Origin: a virus
Taxonomy: Duplodnaviria; Caudoviricetes
IMG/VR virus record: IMGVR_UViG_3300046795_000008
Location: 1-44,048 of that record
DNA length: 44,048 nt
Direction: 5' to 3' (one strand)
Made by a program: the position numbers and the translations under genes. The notes under the pieces are model-generated. The model ran no database searches and was not told the origin of the DNA. It saw only the letters and a program-made list of their open reading frames with translations. This document shows positions 15,515 to 24,890 of this stretch, piece by piece (positions within the stretch are counted from its first letter, which is position 1; each line of letters begins with the position of its first letter).

Positions 15515-17860
15515 CTAATCGGTGCCGGGGCCAGTCCCGCAGGCACTGGTGCAAGTGAACTTGGTAGCAGACATTTCCGTATCAATCAGCGATGAATCAA
15601 AGCCGACGTCTTTCCCGTCGCTCGACTGGCGGGCCTGCCCTGCAGCGTAAGAACTGGCCGTGTTGTTGCAGGCAGCGTCTGTACTCTTGCAGAGTCGGTA
15701 ATTGTGCCAGTCTGCAAGATTCTGAGGCATGGTAGCGGTGTTCATGGCCCCAAACACTCCCCAGCAGGTAGTCGCTGGCGTCGTCGTTGGGCAGGCATCG
15801 ACGGTAGGAAACCAGATCGTCGTCGGAGGACTGATTGCTCCAGGCCATTCGGTGTAGTTCGCTGCCGTGCCTCCACAAACGTTGTGGTGGAATTTCAACG
15901 TTGAGGTATCAAAACTCACGTTTGTAGGCGCAGTTCCAACACCAAATCCCGAACGGTAGCAATCGACTGCCGTGCTCGCTCCAAACATGTTGTCGGTCAT
16001 CTGAACATTCCTGCGGAAGACGTACTTGAGCGCGGCGGAATTGAATTCCTGGGAGGCAAATCGGGTAAGCCCGGTAGGCCCTTGAATAAAAGTATTGTGT
16101 GACTGCAAGATAAACGCCGGGTAGCCGCCGCCGTTGTGCAGAGTGCATCCGGTTGTCGTAGCGCTCCCTGTGCCGGAATTGGCGTAGCTTACTGTCAGCG
16201 CGGTAGGAACGGTTCCGGGGAGCGCTAAGGGAATCGTTTGCGGCTGTCCAGTGGTCTGCGGAGTGTTAAACGTAGTATCCACACAGTCCTGCACCATGAC
16301 CACATCACCGGGAAGCATGTTGGTCTGCATCGATCCCTGAATTCCAGTGCAAGTCAGAGTTGAATTGACCCCGCCGCTGTCGCGTGCGGCCGTACAGGTC
16401 AGGGGATTGTCGCCGCTGTTCCAACCGGTCTGTGACTGAGAACCGGTGCAACTGGCGCTCGTTGCCTGCATGTCATAGAACAGATTATTGACCATCTGCA
16501 CATTGGTCATTCCTTGGCTTGTGCCGTCACCGTTGCTTGAGCCGTGACTGCCGCTGCGGGCGTTGAACAGTTGGCCGGAATCTCCGCAGCCATGTCGGAT
16601 GATGTTGTTCCAGAGGTAGATGTTTCCCACGGTGAACTGGTAGTTGGTAGTCACTCCATTGGAAAAGGCCGACGCGCGCAACTGGAGAAGCTTCCCGGCC
16701 TGGCCTCCGGTTTGGTCGGAATTCTCCATGATGTTGCCTGCGACCACGCAACGCAGGCAGCTCTTGAACTCGAAAGCGTTCTTGCGGACGCGAGACCCGG
16801 CAGCCGGATCGGCAAGACTCATCCAGCCGGCAGGATAAGTAAACCGGTTCTTGCGGTACTCCATATCCTCGCAGTTGTTGGTGCCCGCAATATAGTTGGC
16901 CGAGCCTCCACAGAATGAAGAAATCGACCCGCCTTCCAGCCAGTTGTTCTCTATCTTGACCTGCTTGGCTTGAATGAACGTCAAGGCATGGGACTCGGTG
17001 GCAGGCTGGAAGAACCGCGATGTCTGGCTATTGATGATCCAGCAGTTCAGGCAGGCGGTGATCTGCAGGGTATTGCGGATGCTGTTTGAGCCGCTGCAGA
17101 CTCCTGCGGGGCAGTCGTTCAGATCGCCATGGACCCAGACGCGGTCGATGCCGATGTTTTGCGGGACGCTATTCCAATCGACCGTCGTCGGACCATCGCC
17201 GACTACGAGCAATCCGTTGGTAGTTCCACTCAGTCCTGCCTGGGGACGTACTTCCAAGTCTCGGAAGATGATATGGTTCGGCGCGTTGCCGTTGGCATCC
17301 AATTGATAAAGCCGGATAATTCCCGTGTTGAACACTGCCGTAAGCTCCATGGTCCACATGGAGGCCTTGTCGTTCGGGCTGGAGCAGTCCGCATTACGCG
17401 AGGCGTCCGACTTGAAGTCATGCGAGCATACTGTCTGCCCAGCGGTGAGCGGGGTTGAAGATTGGAAGATGATGTACTTGGTAGGACGGTTCCCAGAGAC
17501 CAATTTGGGAACGATATCGAAACACGCGCCGGTGGTAGTAAGAACCGATCCTGCCAGAACTTGTACCAGATAGGTCTTGTCCGTGTCGGCCTTCCAGTCA
17601 TTGTATGCCGCCGTCATGCCGGCACAGGTAGCCGGGTGATTGTTGGTTCCATAGCCAAGCTGTTGGGTGACGTCAGGAGTAGGCGCATAGGCAGACAGGC
17701 TGCTGCCTGATCCCACTGGGCTCTGTACCCAGAGCTGAGGGAACTGGAACGCATTGCTCCCCAAACTGGCGACCGACTGCTGCCCCCAAAAGAACCTTCT
17801 TTGGGCGCTCAGTGGCAAGCAGAGCAACATGCTAGTTGTAATTAGCGCCCAGATTCGCAT
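15515..17860 (-). CDS. Parallel beta-helix (pectin-lyase-like) tailspike/depolymerase candidate with a signal peptide
   Basis: Beta-helix rungs (VKIENNWLEG, MEYRKNRF, VVAGNIMEN, IYLWNNII). N-terminus MRIWALITTSMLLCLPLSA|Q. Confidence 0.75.
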   Translation of the reverse strand: MRIWALITTSMLLCLPLSAQRRFFWGQQSVASLGSNAFQFPQLWVQSPVGSGSSLSAYAPTPDVTQQLGYGTNNHPATCAGMTAAYNDWKADTDKTYLVQVLAGSVLTTTGACFDIVPKLVSGNRPTKYIIFQSSTPLTAGQTVCSHDFKSDASRNADCSSPNDKASMWTMELTAVFNTGIIRLYQLDANGNAPNHIIFRDLEVRPQAGLSGTTNGLLVVGDGPTTVDWNSVPQNIGIDRVWVHGDLNDCPAGVCSGSNSIRNTLQITACLNCWIINSQTSRFFQPATESHALTFIQAKQVKIENNWLEGGSISSFCGGSANYIAGTNNCEDMEYRKNRFTYPAGWMSLADPAAGSRVRKNAFEFKSCLRCVVAGNIMENSDQTGGQAGKLLQLRASAFSNGVTTNYQFTVGNIYLWNNIIRHGCGDSGQLFNARSGSHGSSNGDGTSQGMTNVQMVNNLFYDMQATSASCTGSQSQTGWNSGDNPLTCTAARDSGGVNSTLTCTGIQGSMQTNMLPGDVVMVQDCVDTTFNTPQTTGQPQTIPLALPGTVPTALTVSYANSGTGSATTTGCTLHNGGGYPAFILQSHNTFIQGPTGLTRFASQEFNSAALKYVFRRNVQMTDNMFGASTAVDCYRSGFGVGTAPTNVSFDTSTLKFHHNVCGGTAANYTEWPGAISPPTTIWFPTVDACPTTTPATTCWGVFGAMNTATMPQNLADWHNYRLCKSTDAACNNTASSYAAGQARQSSDGKDVGFDSSLIDTEMSATKFTCTSACGTGPGTD

Positions 17861-20800
17861 AGCAATTGGTACCGTCATAGTAAAAAGTCAGAATGTCGAT
17901 GGCGTTCGCAGCATTGGTCAGCGTGATCGCTCCCGCGCCACCGTTGACTACTTTCCAAGTGCAGCCCGTGCCCAGCGTGAGCGTGCGTGGCGGTGTGGCG
18001 TCTTGAACGATGCGCAGAACATAGTTCCCGCCGTTGGCCAGATTGGTGACGTTCAGAGTGCGATTACCGCCCAAAGTGACCGTGGCATTCTTGCCCGAGT
18101 ATCCCAGAACGTTCCAAGTGATCGTCGCGGCGTCCGCCAGAGTTGTCGGCGCAAGGCTAGAGAACGTCAAGCCTTCGGAAGCAGTCCAGCCGGCACTGTC
18201 GGCATAGAAGTTGGACAGGCCATGCGCGGTCGTTATCGTGGTCTGGCCATAGATTCCCGGATTGCCCGTCGGCAGAGCGGTATCGGTAACTTGATAGACC
18301 TGAACACCATTCAGATAGCCAGTGATGGTAGAGCCGATTGCGGAAATCTTGATGATGCTGTTATTGGCTACGTTGGGAGCGCCAGCTGCCAGAATGGTTG
18401 TCACGCCGCCATTTATCTTTAATATATCGAACAGGTTGCTGCCGGAAATCAGGCAATAACCCTGCAGTGGCGGCGCCGCGTTCATGCGCACACAGACACC
18501 GATTATAGAGTTGGCGGCGGTGATGTTGGCCTGGGCGAACTGGTCAGTGGTGAATGCGACTGCGGAGTAATAAGCGCCTGCGCGGCTGGCCGCTCCATCG
18601 ACTACCACCGTATCAAAGTAAGCATAGTTCTTGCCTGCGAATGCTGCACCAGATGTGATCTGCCATGTTCCTTCTATCAATGTCCAGTTGGCGCCGATCG
18701 CTCCCGGCGCACGGTTCAATGTGTCAGAAGTTATTGCGGTCGTGCGCTCGAATGCTCCGCACCCGGTGCAAGGCAAGGCGGCAGTCATGGGTTGATCGAA
18801 CTGGGTAGCCACGGCGAATTCTTTCTTGGTAGCAGTTAACCTCTCCAGCCATGAAATCCCGTCGGGAACAAGGTTGATGTAGTTGGAAACTGAGACTGGC
18901 GAACCGAAGGCTAGTGCTGCCGCTGTCAATGGGGCGTTGGTAACGTCATTGCCAATCCAGACGTCGGTCGCATCCATTACAGGGCGGTTGGAACTGGAGG
19001 CCAAAGTCTTCGTAGGGCTTGAATCTACCAATGTCAGAATGCTGGATATTGGGACAGTATGTCCGAGCTGCCGATTGAGATTGATGCGCCCTTTGCTGTT
19101 GAGGTAGGTAGCGCCTCCGGTGGCAGGCTCATCGAGCAGGGCAACTGGACCACCGATAGCCTGACTCCATGAGTGCTTCATCACTCCGCCTTCGTTGGCA
19201 TAGCTGAAGACTGAGGGAGCAGACTTGCCGTCGAGTGTTGTTACAGTGCCAATCAGGCCGTCGGTGTCGTAGTTCAGAGTGCTGCCGCCCGCCAGAACGA
19301 TGGGACCAGGCCAGAACGATACCGGAGGCTCATAGGTAGGCAAGTCGGGAATCGTGACAGCCGTAGTGTTTACGGTGATGTCATCGGTGAAATGGCACAT
19401 CAGGCCAGCGCACTGTGCCGCAGCGACCGTTACTGAGCCACATGCTGAAGTCGATCCGCCCGCGCAGCCTGCCGTATAGGGAACGAAGTTGTTATCCGTG
19501 GTCCTGATGACCGTATAGGTCGGATTCGTATAGACAATGGGATTCGCGCTGGTGGCAGGTTGAACACGCGGCCAGTAGATATCAAAGGTGTTTGTAGTTG
19601 GTCGCGCTGAACCAAAGAATAGCGGTGCGGAATTGTTCCCTGAGCCGTCATTGGCCATCAGGTAGTAGTAATAGGTGGTAGCTCCCCCTGTTACAAATGT
19701 TGGGATGATGCCTTGCGGACCCTCACCCCCTGACCATTTGACATGGTTCCCGTAGTTGAGCACGCCAGCCGAAGATGCCGCTCCCGTATCTGGGTTCGTA
19801 CAAGCACCCGACTCAATATAGGCGTCGGTGAAAGTAGAGTTGCCGAAGCCACCGCGCTTAGAACCAGTGGAAAGTGCTACCTGGGCTTGGGCTTGAGAAA
19901 TTCCGCCTTCCCAGTCGAGTGTGTTGCCGTTGTAGGCCACCAGCCCGTTGCCAGTGCAATTGACCGAGAAATCCATGTTCTTTAGCCAGGCCACCGAGGG
20001 CCCAGTTGTGAACGAGCCAGGAAAATAAGCCACTGCGCCACAGTAAGGCGTGCCAGTTGTGCAGGCGCCAGTACTGTCTGCCTTTCGCAGTCCTACGCCC
20101 GTGGAACCAATCCAGCGGAATGACTGATCGTTCAGCACGACTACGTGGTTATTGAAATGGCCGGTGAAGAGGAGGGCCGATCCTCCGGGGATAGCGAAGC
20201 TCAGATTTTCCAGAGTAGTGGTCTGTTCTGTCGTGTAGATCGAGGCATTCAGGATATTGATGTATCCGGGAGTGTTCGCCAGGGCTCGCGTGCCACCAAC
20301 TACACCAGTCGAGCAATTGGTATCAGTCCAGGAAACAGTGTTCGCTCCGACTGCTGAGACACGCTGAACCTCCGAAGTTGAACCTCCCCAGTAGTGGCCG
20401 TCATCGGTGCGCTGCACGTCGACCATGTCTCCCACGATGATTCCGTGAGCAAGGGTCGTGTGAATCGTAGTCGTATTGGCAGAGCATTCTGTCTGGGAAA
20501 TTGCCCAACCGTTGATGTCCAGGTTCGAGGCAAAGCGCAGATCCCGAATGGTGACGCTGGTGCCCAAGCTGGATTCGATTGAGATGCAAGCATCGCGAGT
20601 AGTGCAGGCAAGCAGTGCCCCATTGCCATTTATGGTTAGCCCGTTTACTGGCGGGATTATGCGCCCCATAACTGCGTATGCGTAAGTGATATTCCCGTTG
20701 GCTACCGGTGCGCCAGCGGGCTTCAGGTTGATGCTGGCTTGTGCTGAGCCTCCCGTACCTGTCCAGTTCTTGTAGGCGGCTATGGCTTCATAGATTCCGC

Positions 20801-21728
20801 TGGATGCCGAGCCGATGGTGTAACCCGCAGAATGGCTGCTGGCAGGAGTGAAATTGATGGTGCCGGAAGCATTCCCTGGACGACAACTCCCGCCGCCAGT
20901 CATCTTTACAGGTTCCGGCGTGCCTACTCCAGTGACGCCAATGACGCCAATATTGTCACGCCCATCAATGCCAGCCGGACAAGGTGCAAGGGTAACCGTG
21001 GCCGGAACTCCCGCAGTCAGTGTGCCAGCTGGTAGTTGTGACCAGTTCCAGGCGGTAGTGACAAACATGACGTTGTTGACGTTCTGCGGATCGACTTCGC
21101 CAGGAACCAAATTCTTGTTGTAGGTCGCGCTCGAACTGCCGCCGAAGCCACCGTCATTAAACTGCAGTTGTGTAACTGATCCCCCAGGCGTTCCGCCTCC
21201 TCCCCCGCCCGCCGCATCAATCGTCACACCGCCAGTACCATCAGCCGTAAGGGTGATATTTGTGCCGGAAATCAGGTTCAATAAAGTTTGGATAGGATTT
21301 GATACGCCATTGGTCTCAAACGCAGCACTGCTGCCGCCAGGTCCGCCGATTGTGACCGTATAAGGCCCATAGCAATTGTTCCGAACGCAGACGGTGTAGT
21401 CATAGGTCCCTGCAGGAGCCCAGAACCCAATATTTCCTTGCGCGTCGCCCGTCGACTGACATGCCGACGGCTGAGGTTGAGGGGTATCCTGCGCGCCATT
21501 CGGACAAGCGGCACCAGTTGAATTGTAGGTGGTCGCGTAGTTCGTGCAGGGAACTTGATTCGCGGGAGAATTACAGACTGCCAATGTCGGGGAGTTCGGC
21601 GGGATATTGGCGACCAGATAAGGCGTCGAAGACGTTGAAGAAATCGACGGAAACGGCGCATCGTACCGTGTATTTTGCGCGAGAATTGGCGCGCTCAACA
21701 GAAATATAATGACGATAAGTTTTCGCAT
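17832..21728 (-). CDS. Large multidomain tail fibre/spike protein with a signal peptide
   Basis: TPGGSVTQLQFNDGGFGG fibre motif; C-terminal VTLGGNRTL...IVQDAT...IDILTFYYDGTN fibre domain; N-terminus MRKLIVIIFLLSAPILA|Q. Confidence 0.8.
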   Translation of the reverse strand: MRKLIVIIFLLSAPILAQNTRYDAPFPSISSTSSTPYLVANIPPNSPTLAVCNSPANQVPCTNYATTYNSTGAACPNGAQDTPQPQPSACQSTGDAQGNIGFWAPAGTYDYTVCVRNNCYGPYTVTIGGPGGSSAAFETNGVSNPIQTLLNLISGTNITLTADGTGGVTIDAAGGGGGGTPGGSVTQLQFNDGGFGGSSSATYNKNLVPGEVDPQNVNNVMFVTTAWNWSQLPAGTLTAGVPATVTLAPCPAGIDGRDNIGVIGVTGVGTPEPVKMTGGGSCRPGNASGTINFTPASSHSAGYTIGSASSGIYEAIAAYKNWTGTGGSAQASINLKPAGAPVANGNITYAYAVMGRIIPPVNGLTINGNGALLACTTRDACISIESSLGTSVTIRDLRFASNLDINGWAISQTECSANTTTIHTTLAHGIIVGDMVDVQRTDDGHYWGGSTSEVQRVSAVGANTVSWTDTNCSTGVVGGTRALANTPGYINILNASIYTTEQTTTLENLSFAIPGGSALLFTGHFNNHVVVLNDQSFRWIGSTGVGLRKADSTGACTTGTPYCGAVAYFPGSFTTGPSVAWLKNMDFSVNCTGNGLVAYNGNTLDWEGGISQAQAQVALSTGSKRGGFGNSTFTDAYIESGACTNPDTGAASSAGVLNYGNHVKWSGGEGPQGIIPTFVTGGATTYYYYLMANDGSGNNSAPLFFGSARPTTNTFDIYWPRVQPATSANPIVYTNPTYTVIRTTDNNFVPYTAGCAGGSTSACGSVTVAAAQCAGLMCHFTDDITVNTTAVTIPDLPTYEPPVSFWPGPIVLAGGSTLNYDTDGLIGTVTTLDGKSAPSVFSYANEGGVMKHSWSQAIGGPVALLDEPATGGATYLNSKGRINLNRQLGHTVPISSILTLVDSSPTKTLASSSNRPVMDATDVWIGNDVTNAPLTAAALAFGSPVSVSNYINLVPDGISWLERLTATKKEFAVATQFDQPMTAALPCTGCGAFERTTAITSDTLNRAPGAIGANWTLIEGTWQITSGAAFAGKNYAYFDTVVVDGAASRAGAYYSAVAFTTDQFAQANITAANSIIGVCVRMNAAPPLQGYCLISGSNLFDILKINGGVTTILAAGAPNVANNSIIKISAIGSTITGYLNGVQVYQVTDTALPTGNPGIYGQTTITTAHGLSNFYADSAGWTASEGLTFSSLAPTTLADAATITWNVLGYSGKNATVTLGGNRTLNVTNLANGGNYVLRIVQDATPPRTLTLGTGCTWKVVNGGAGAITLTNAANAIDILTFYYDGTNCYANLGANYN

Positions 21729-21729
21729 G

Positions 21730-21831
21730 TCAGTCAGTTGGCAGAACAGAAAATAACCCTTGTGAAGCTCGGGCTCGGATCGACCGGAGTGCCAGAAACT
21801 GCAGCACGAGGATAGTGCTGATAATTTTCAA
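21730..21831 (-). CDS. 33-aa signal-peptide-like mini-ORF
   Basis: TTG overlaps the upstream TGA; MKIISTILVLQFLALRSIRARASQGLFSVLPTD; ends 1 nt before the next ATG. Confidence 0.4.
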   Translation of the reverse strand: MKIISTILVLQFLALRSIRARASQGLFSVLPTD

Positions 21832-23000
21832 TTGCATACCAAGGCCACACGGACTCCATTCGTAGTGTCAGTCGCTTGATTAGTTAGGACCGTAATTTTG
21901 TAGGTGTCACCAGCCGCGAATGCGGCGGTATGCGTCGTGTCGCTGCATTGTTTATCGGACCCCGTGCCCAGACTGCAGGTAATGGCAGTAGCAACGGAAT
22001 TCTTGTAAACTTTGATGACTCCGCTTCCTGCGGTCGCTCCACCAGCCCGAGCATTTACCCACAAGTTGCTCATGGTGCAGGCCATTGGCATGGGCATCGA
22101 TTCATTCGTGGCACCAAGCGGGGTCGTACATGCGGTATTAACCGCGTTGTTAGTTGGCGTCAATTCGTATTCTGTAGCATTGGCCGTGCCCACGACTCCA
22201 GCGCAAAAAGCTTGCACAATGGCCCCACAGGTAGGGCATGTCAGGTTCCCGGTAGTAGCGCTTAGAACGACTGGGGCTGATGCGGTGACCGCGAACGTTC
22301 CGGAAGCGTTCGGCAGGGTTAGGGTCGGTGTCCCTGCCGTCGCTTGCGGAGTGATTGTTGCCGTCCCTGAAGTTGCCCCAGTTAACCCCAGCGTTCCGGT
22401 TGACGTTCCTGCAATCCCGAGCACTGGCGTCGTGGTATAGGCTGGTGCCCCAGAGGTTCCTGCTGACCTACCGAACACTGTCCCGCCCCCTGCATTGGTA
22501 AGGGAGAAAGACAGTGCCGGAGTAGTCGTGGCCGTAGCAACGCTGGTAGTAAAGATTGGAGACAGCGTTCCTGCGCTAAAGGAAGTCACTGTTCCAGACC
22601 CGCTACCGCCGCCTACCTTGACCGCAGCGGTCGATCCGTTCAGATAAACAACCGCCGTCCCAGTTGCCACCGTAGCTCCGCAGAGCAGGAATGTGGAATT
22701 CCCGGCTACGGAAGCGGTAAAGACGCCGTTGGCAGTAATGGTTGACTGCGGAGTGGATGAGGTTGAGGGAGTGACCTGAGTATTTGCAGCCGCCTGCCCT
22801 TGGAGTGCTACTTGCGGTTGCAGTGTTCCGGTCCATGTGCCAGTGACCTGAATTCCGACTGTGGAAGTTTGCTGGCCCACCGAAATTTGGGCACACTGGG
22901 CCGAAGTGATTGATACAGGCCCGACCTGTTGAGCGAACCCGCTGACAGCCAATAGCAGCAGGCCGATGAGCGGAGCCGCGCGGAGTTGAGGAAGTTTCAT
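21828..23000 (-). CDS. Thr/Gly/Ala-rich fibre-like virion protein with a signal peptide
   Basis: AGGAG SD; MKLPQLRAAPLIGLLLLAVSGFA|QQ; GSGTVTSFSAG...TTTPALS fibre-type motif. Confidence 0.75.
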   Translation of the reverse strand: MKLPQLRAAPLIGLLLLAVSGFAQQVGPVSITSAQCAQISVGQQTSTVGIQVTGTWTGTLQPQVALQGQAAANTQVTPSTSSTPQSTITANGVFTASVAGNSTFLLCGATVATGTAVVYLNGSTAAVKVGGGSGSGTVTSFSAGTLSPIFTTSVATATTTPALSFSLTNAGGGTVFGRSAGTSGAPAYTTTPVLGIAGTSTGTLGLTGATSGTATITPQATAGTPTLTLPNASGTFAVTASAPVVLSATTGNLTCPTCGAIVQAFCAGVVGTANATEYELTPTNNAVNTACTTPLGATNESMPMPMACTMSNLWVNARAGGATAGSGVIKVYKNSVATAITCSLGTGSDKQCSDTTHTAAFAAGDTYKITVLTNQATDTTNGVRVALVCN

Positions 23001-23019
23001 TGGCGTTTCTCCTGAAAAC

Positions 23020-24477
23020 TTAGTCATGAGCTGCAATGCAATTAAGCGTTCCGGAAGCCGCTGCTGCAGTTAGCGCAGCGATAACTACGTGGAACGAATT
23101 CGCTCCCTTGGTATCAGTACTCAACACATAGGGAACGTTGGTAGGCGTATCAATAGTGCAGACCAGTGTGTAATTGGCGTCAGCGAAAGCCGTAGCCCAT
23201 GACACTGTAGTACTGCAAGTAGCTCCAGCAGCTGCCGCTGTAGTGCATGAACCCGTCCTAGTATGCTCAAATCCAGCCCCAGACCCCCCGCTGTCAGCAT
23301 TCATGCCATTGCTTATTTGAACGATTCCGGCTGCACCGCCTCCATTTCCCCTTCCAGGGTTGAGAATAATTCCGCCCCCAGAGAAAACTCCGCCCGCAGC
23401 ATTGCCCGCCCCAACTAGAACGGAACGCCCATTGCTTGCAGTGACATTGCCTGCAAATAGGGCAAGATTTGTGCTATCTGTGGCAAAAATGGTAGAGCCA
23501 GATCCGGTCGCGCCAAGATGAACAGAATCGACGTTCAGGTAGTGATTGATCCCGATAGCATCGGAGAAAATACAGAGATTGGTCGTGTTTCCTGTATCTC
23601 GCCAGCAAGCTTGATCGGACGCCGCAAGCCTGAATAGGCCAGCCGTCGCAGGATTCGCTGTAGGGGTATAGAACCCCGGTGCCGTGATCGCTCCGCCAAA
23701 AAGTCCGGTACTGCCCACATTCAATGTCGTTCCCACCAGCAGCGATGATCCGACCGTCGCTAGGCCAGAGATTGTTGCATCACCAGTTACGCGTAATGTG
23801 CCCGTCGATAGTTCCGGACCTACACCGATTGTTGCTGGCCCGACTGCCCAAGCTGTGATTCCGTTCCAGACAAAGTGCTGAGTCGTGACTTGATTCGGAC
23901 TCAGTCCGATTGGTGCTCCGCCCAAGACATTAACCGGCCAGCCGAACGTATGCCCGCCGATGCCATCCTGCGTAATCTGCCACGTAATCAGTCCCGGAGG
24001 CGTGACACCGCTCACAACTAATGGCTGACTGACGGCATTCCCGGTCAGAGTGATTTCAAAAAGCTGATTCTGCGAGCCATCTATAAATTGAGGCGTCGGG
24101 CTGTAAGGAACGACCGTTGTTGCCTGCGCCGACCCACCGCCGATGCCATCAATTGAATAAAGCTGCGTGCCAGATGCACAGTTCGTCCCGCCTGACGACT
24201 TGACCCGCAGCGTGTAATTCAACCCCGCCTGGAGCCAGATTGAAGCGAACCCGCCCGAGCTCAAGATGACGGGATTAGCGTTTTGAGTGACCCCGGTGTA
24301 GTCCGTGTATGTCGCTAAGGGCGTTACAGTTGTAGACGTATAGGTGAAGACGCAGCCGAAGGCCAGCGGCCTGCCTGAGTTGTCGAAGAATTGCAGCTTT
24401 GGAACGGGGGAGAGCACAACCGTGGTCTGGGCGAACGCGAGGCCGCCAAGGAATAGGGCAGTGAGTAACTTGCGCAT
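23020..24477 (-). CDS. Tail fibre with a podophage virion-attachment domain preceded by a signal peptide
   Basis: PVPKLQFFDNSGRPLA...TPLATYTD...NANPVIL is a typical N-terminal anchor of podophage fibres. It is preceded by MRKLLTALFLGGLAFA|Q. Confidence 0.85.
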   Translation of the reverse strand: MRKLLTALFLGGLAFAQTTVVLSPVPKLQFFDNSGRPLAFGCVFTYTSTTVTPLATYTDYTGVTQNANPVILSSGGFASIWLQAGLNYTLRVKSSGGTNCASGTQLYSIDGIGGGSAQATTVVPYSPTPQFIDGSQNQLFEITLTGNAVSQPLVVSGVTPPGLITWQITQDGIGGHTFGWPVNVLGGAPIGLSPNQVTTQHFVWNGITAWAVGPATIGVGPELSTGTLRVTGDATISGLATVGSSLLVGTTLNVGSTGLFGGAITAPGFYTPTANPATAGLFRLAASDQACWRDTGNTTNLCIFSDAIGINHYLNVDSVHLGATGSGSTIFATDSTNLALFAGNVTASNGRSVLVGAGNAAGGVFSGGGIILNPGRGNGGGAAGIVQISNGMNADSGGSGAGFEHTRTGSCTTAAAAGATCSTTVSWATAFADANYTLVCTIDTPTNVPYVLSTDTKGANSFHVVIAALTAAAASGTLNCIAAHD

Positions 24478-24498
24478 GGGGATTTTTGGGATTAGGAT
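24470..24498 (+). promoter_or_regulatory. Putative promoter for the counter-oriented small membrane gene
   Basis: TTGCGC-17 nt-TAGGAT, 9 nt before ATG 24508. Confidence 0.5.
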
Positions 24499-24507
24499 TT
24501 TGCCGCT

Positions 24508-24699
24508 ATGGATGTGATTGGAATCTTCTGGCTGCTCTGGAGAATTGCATTGGCCTTGTGCTTGTTTCTATTCTCAATTGGCCTGCTTGTGACTATCTGG
24601 GTCGGCCTTCGTCGTACACCGGGGATTGCACAAAATGCCTACTTGCGATCCTGTTCTGCTCTTGGCAGGATGATCGGTCGCGCACGGCGTGCTTTTTAG
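24508..24699 (+). CDS. Counter-oriented small membrane protein (moron-like)
   Basis: Fills a gap with no minus-strand ORF; hydrophobic helix plus basic tail; convergent stop overlap. Confidence 0.65.
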   Translation: MDVIGIFWLLWRIALALCLFLFSIGLLVTIWVGLRRTPGIAQNAYLRSCSALGRMIGRARRAF

Positions 24700-24890
24700 T
24701 TTGTTTTGTCGGGGTCAGTCTCCACGATCTGCCCAAGGTTGTAGTATGGGGTCCGTGATTTCGGCTTGAACAGGCCGCCCCATGGCTCGTGCGAATCGTC
24801 CATCGGCTCGCGGCCCAGTTCCATCTCTTCAATCGCGTCATTGATGAGGATTTCGCAGACAGCGTAATCGTCTAGCGTGTCGCGGTTCAT
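24696..24890 (-). CDS. Small acidic hypothetical protein
   Basis: ATGA overlap with the upstream gene. Confidence 0.6.
   Translation of the reverse strand: MNRDTLDDYAVCEILINDAIEEMELGREPMDDSHEPWGGLFKPKSRTPYYNLGQIVETDPDKTN

Noticed and set aside
15515-24477. Diversity-generating retroelement or invertible fibre cassette
   Set aside because: I recognised no reverse transcriptase or recombinase and noticed no template/variable repeat pair by eye. A self dot-plot would be the definitive test.
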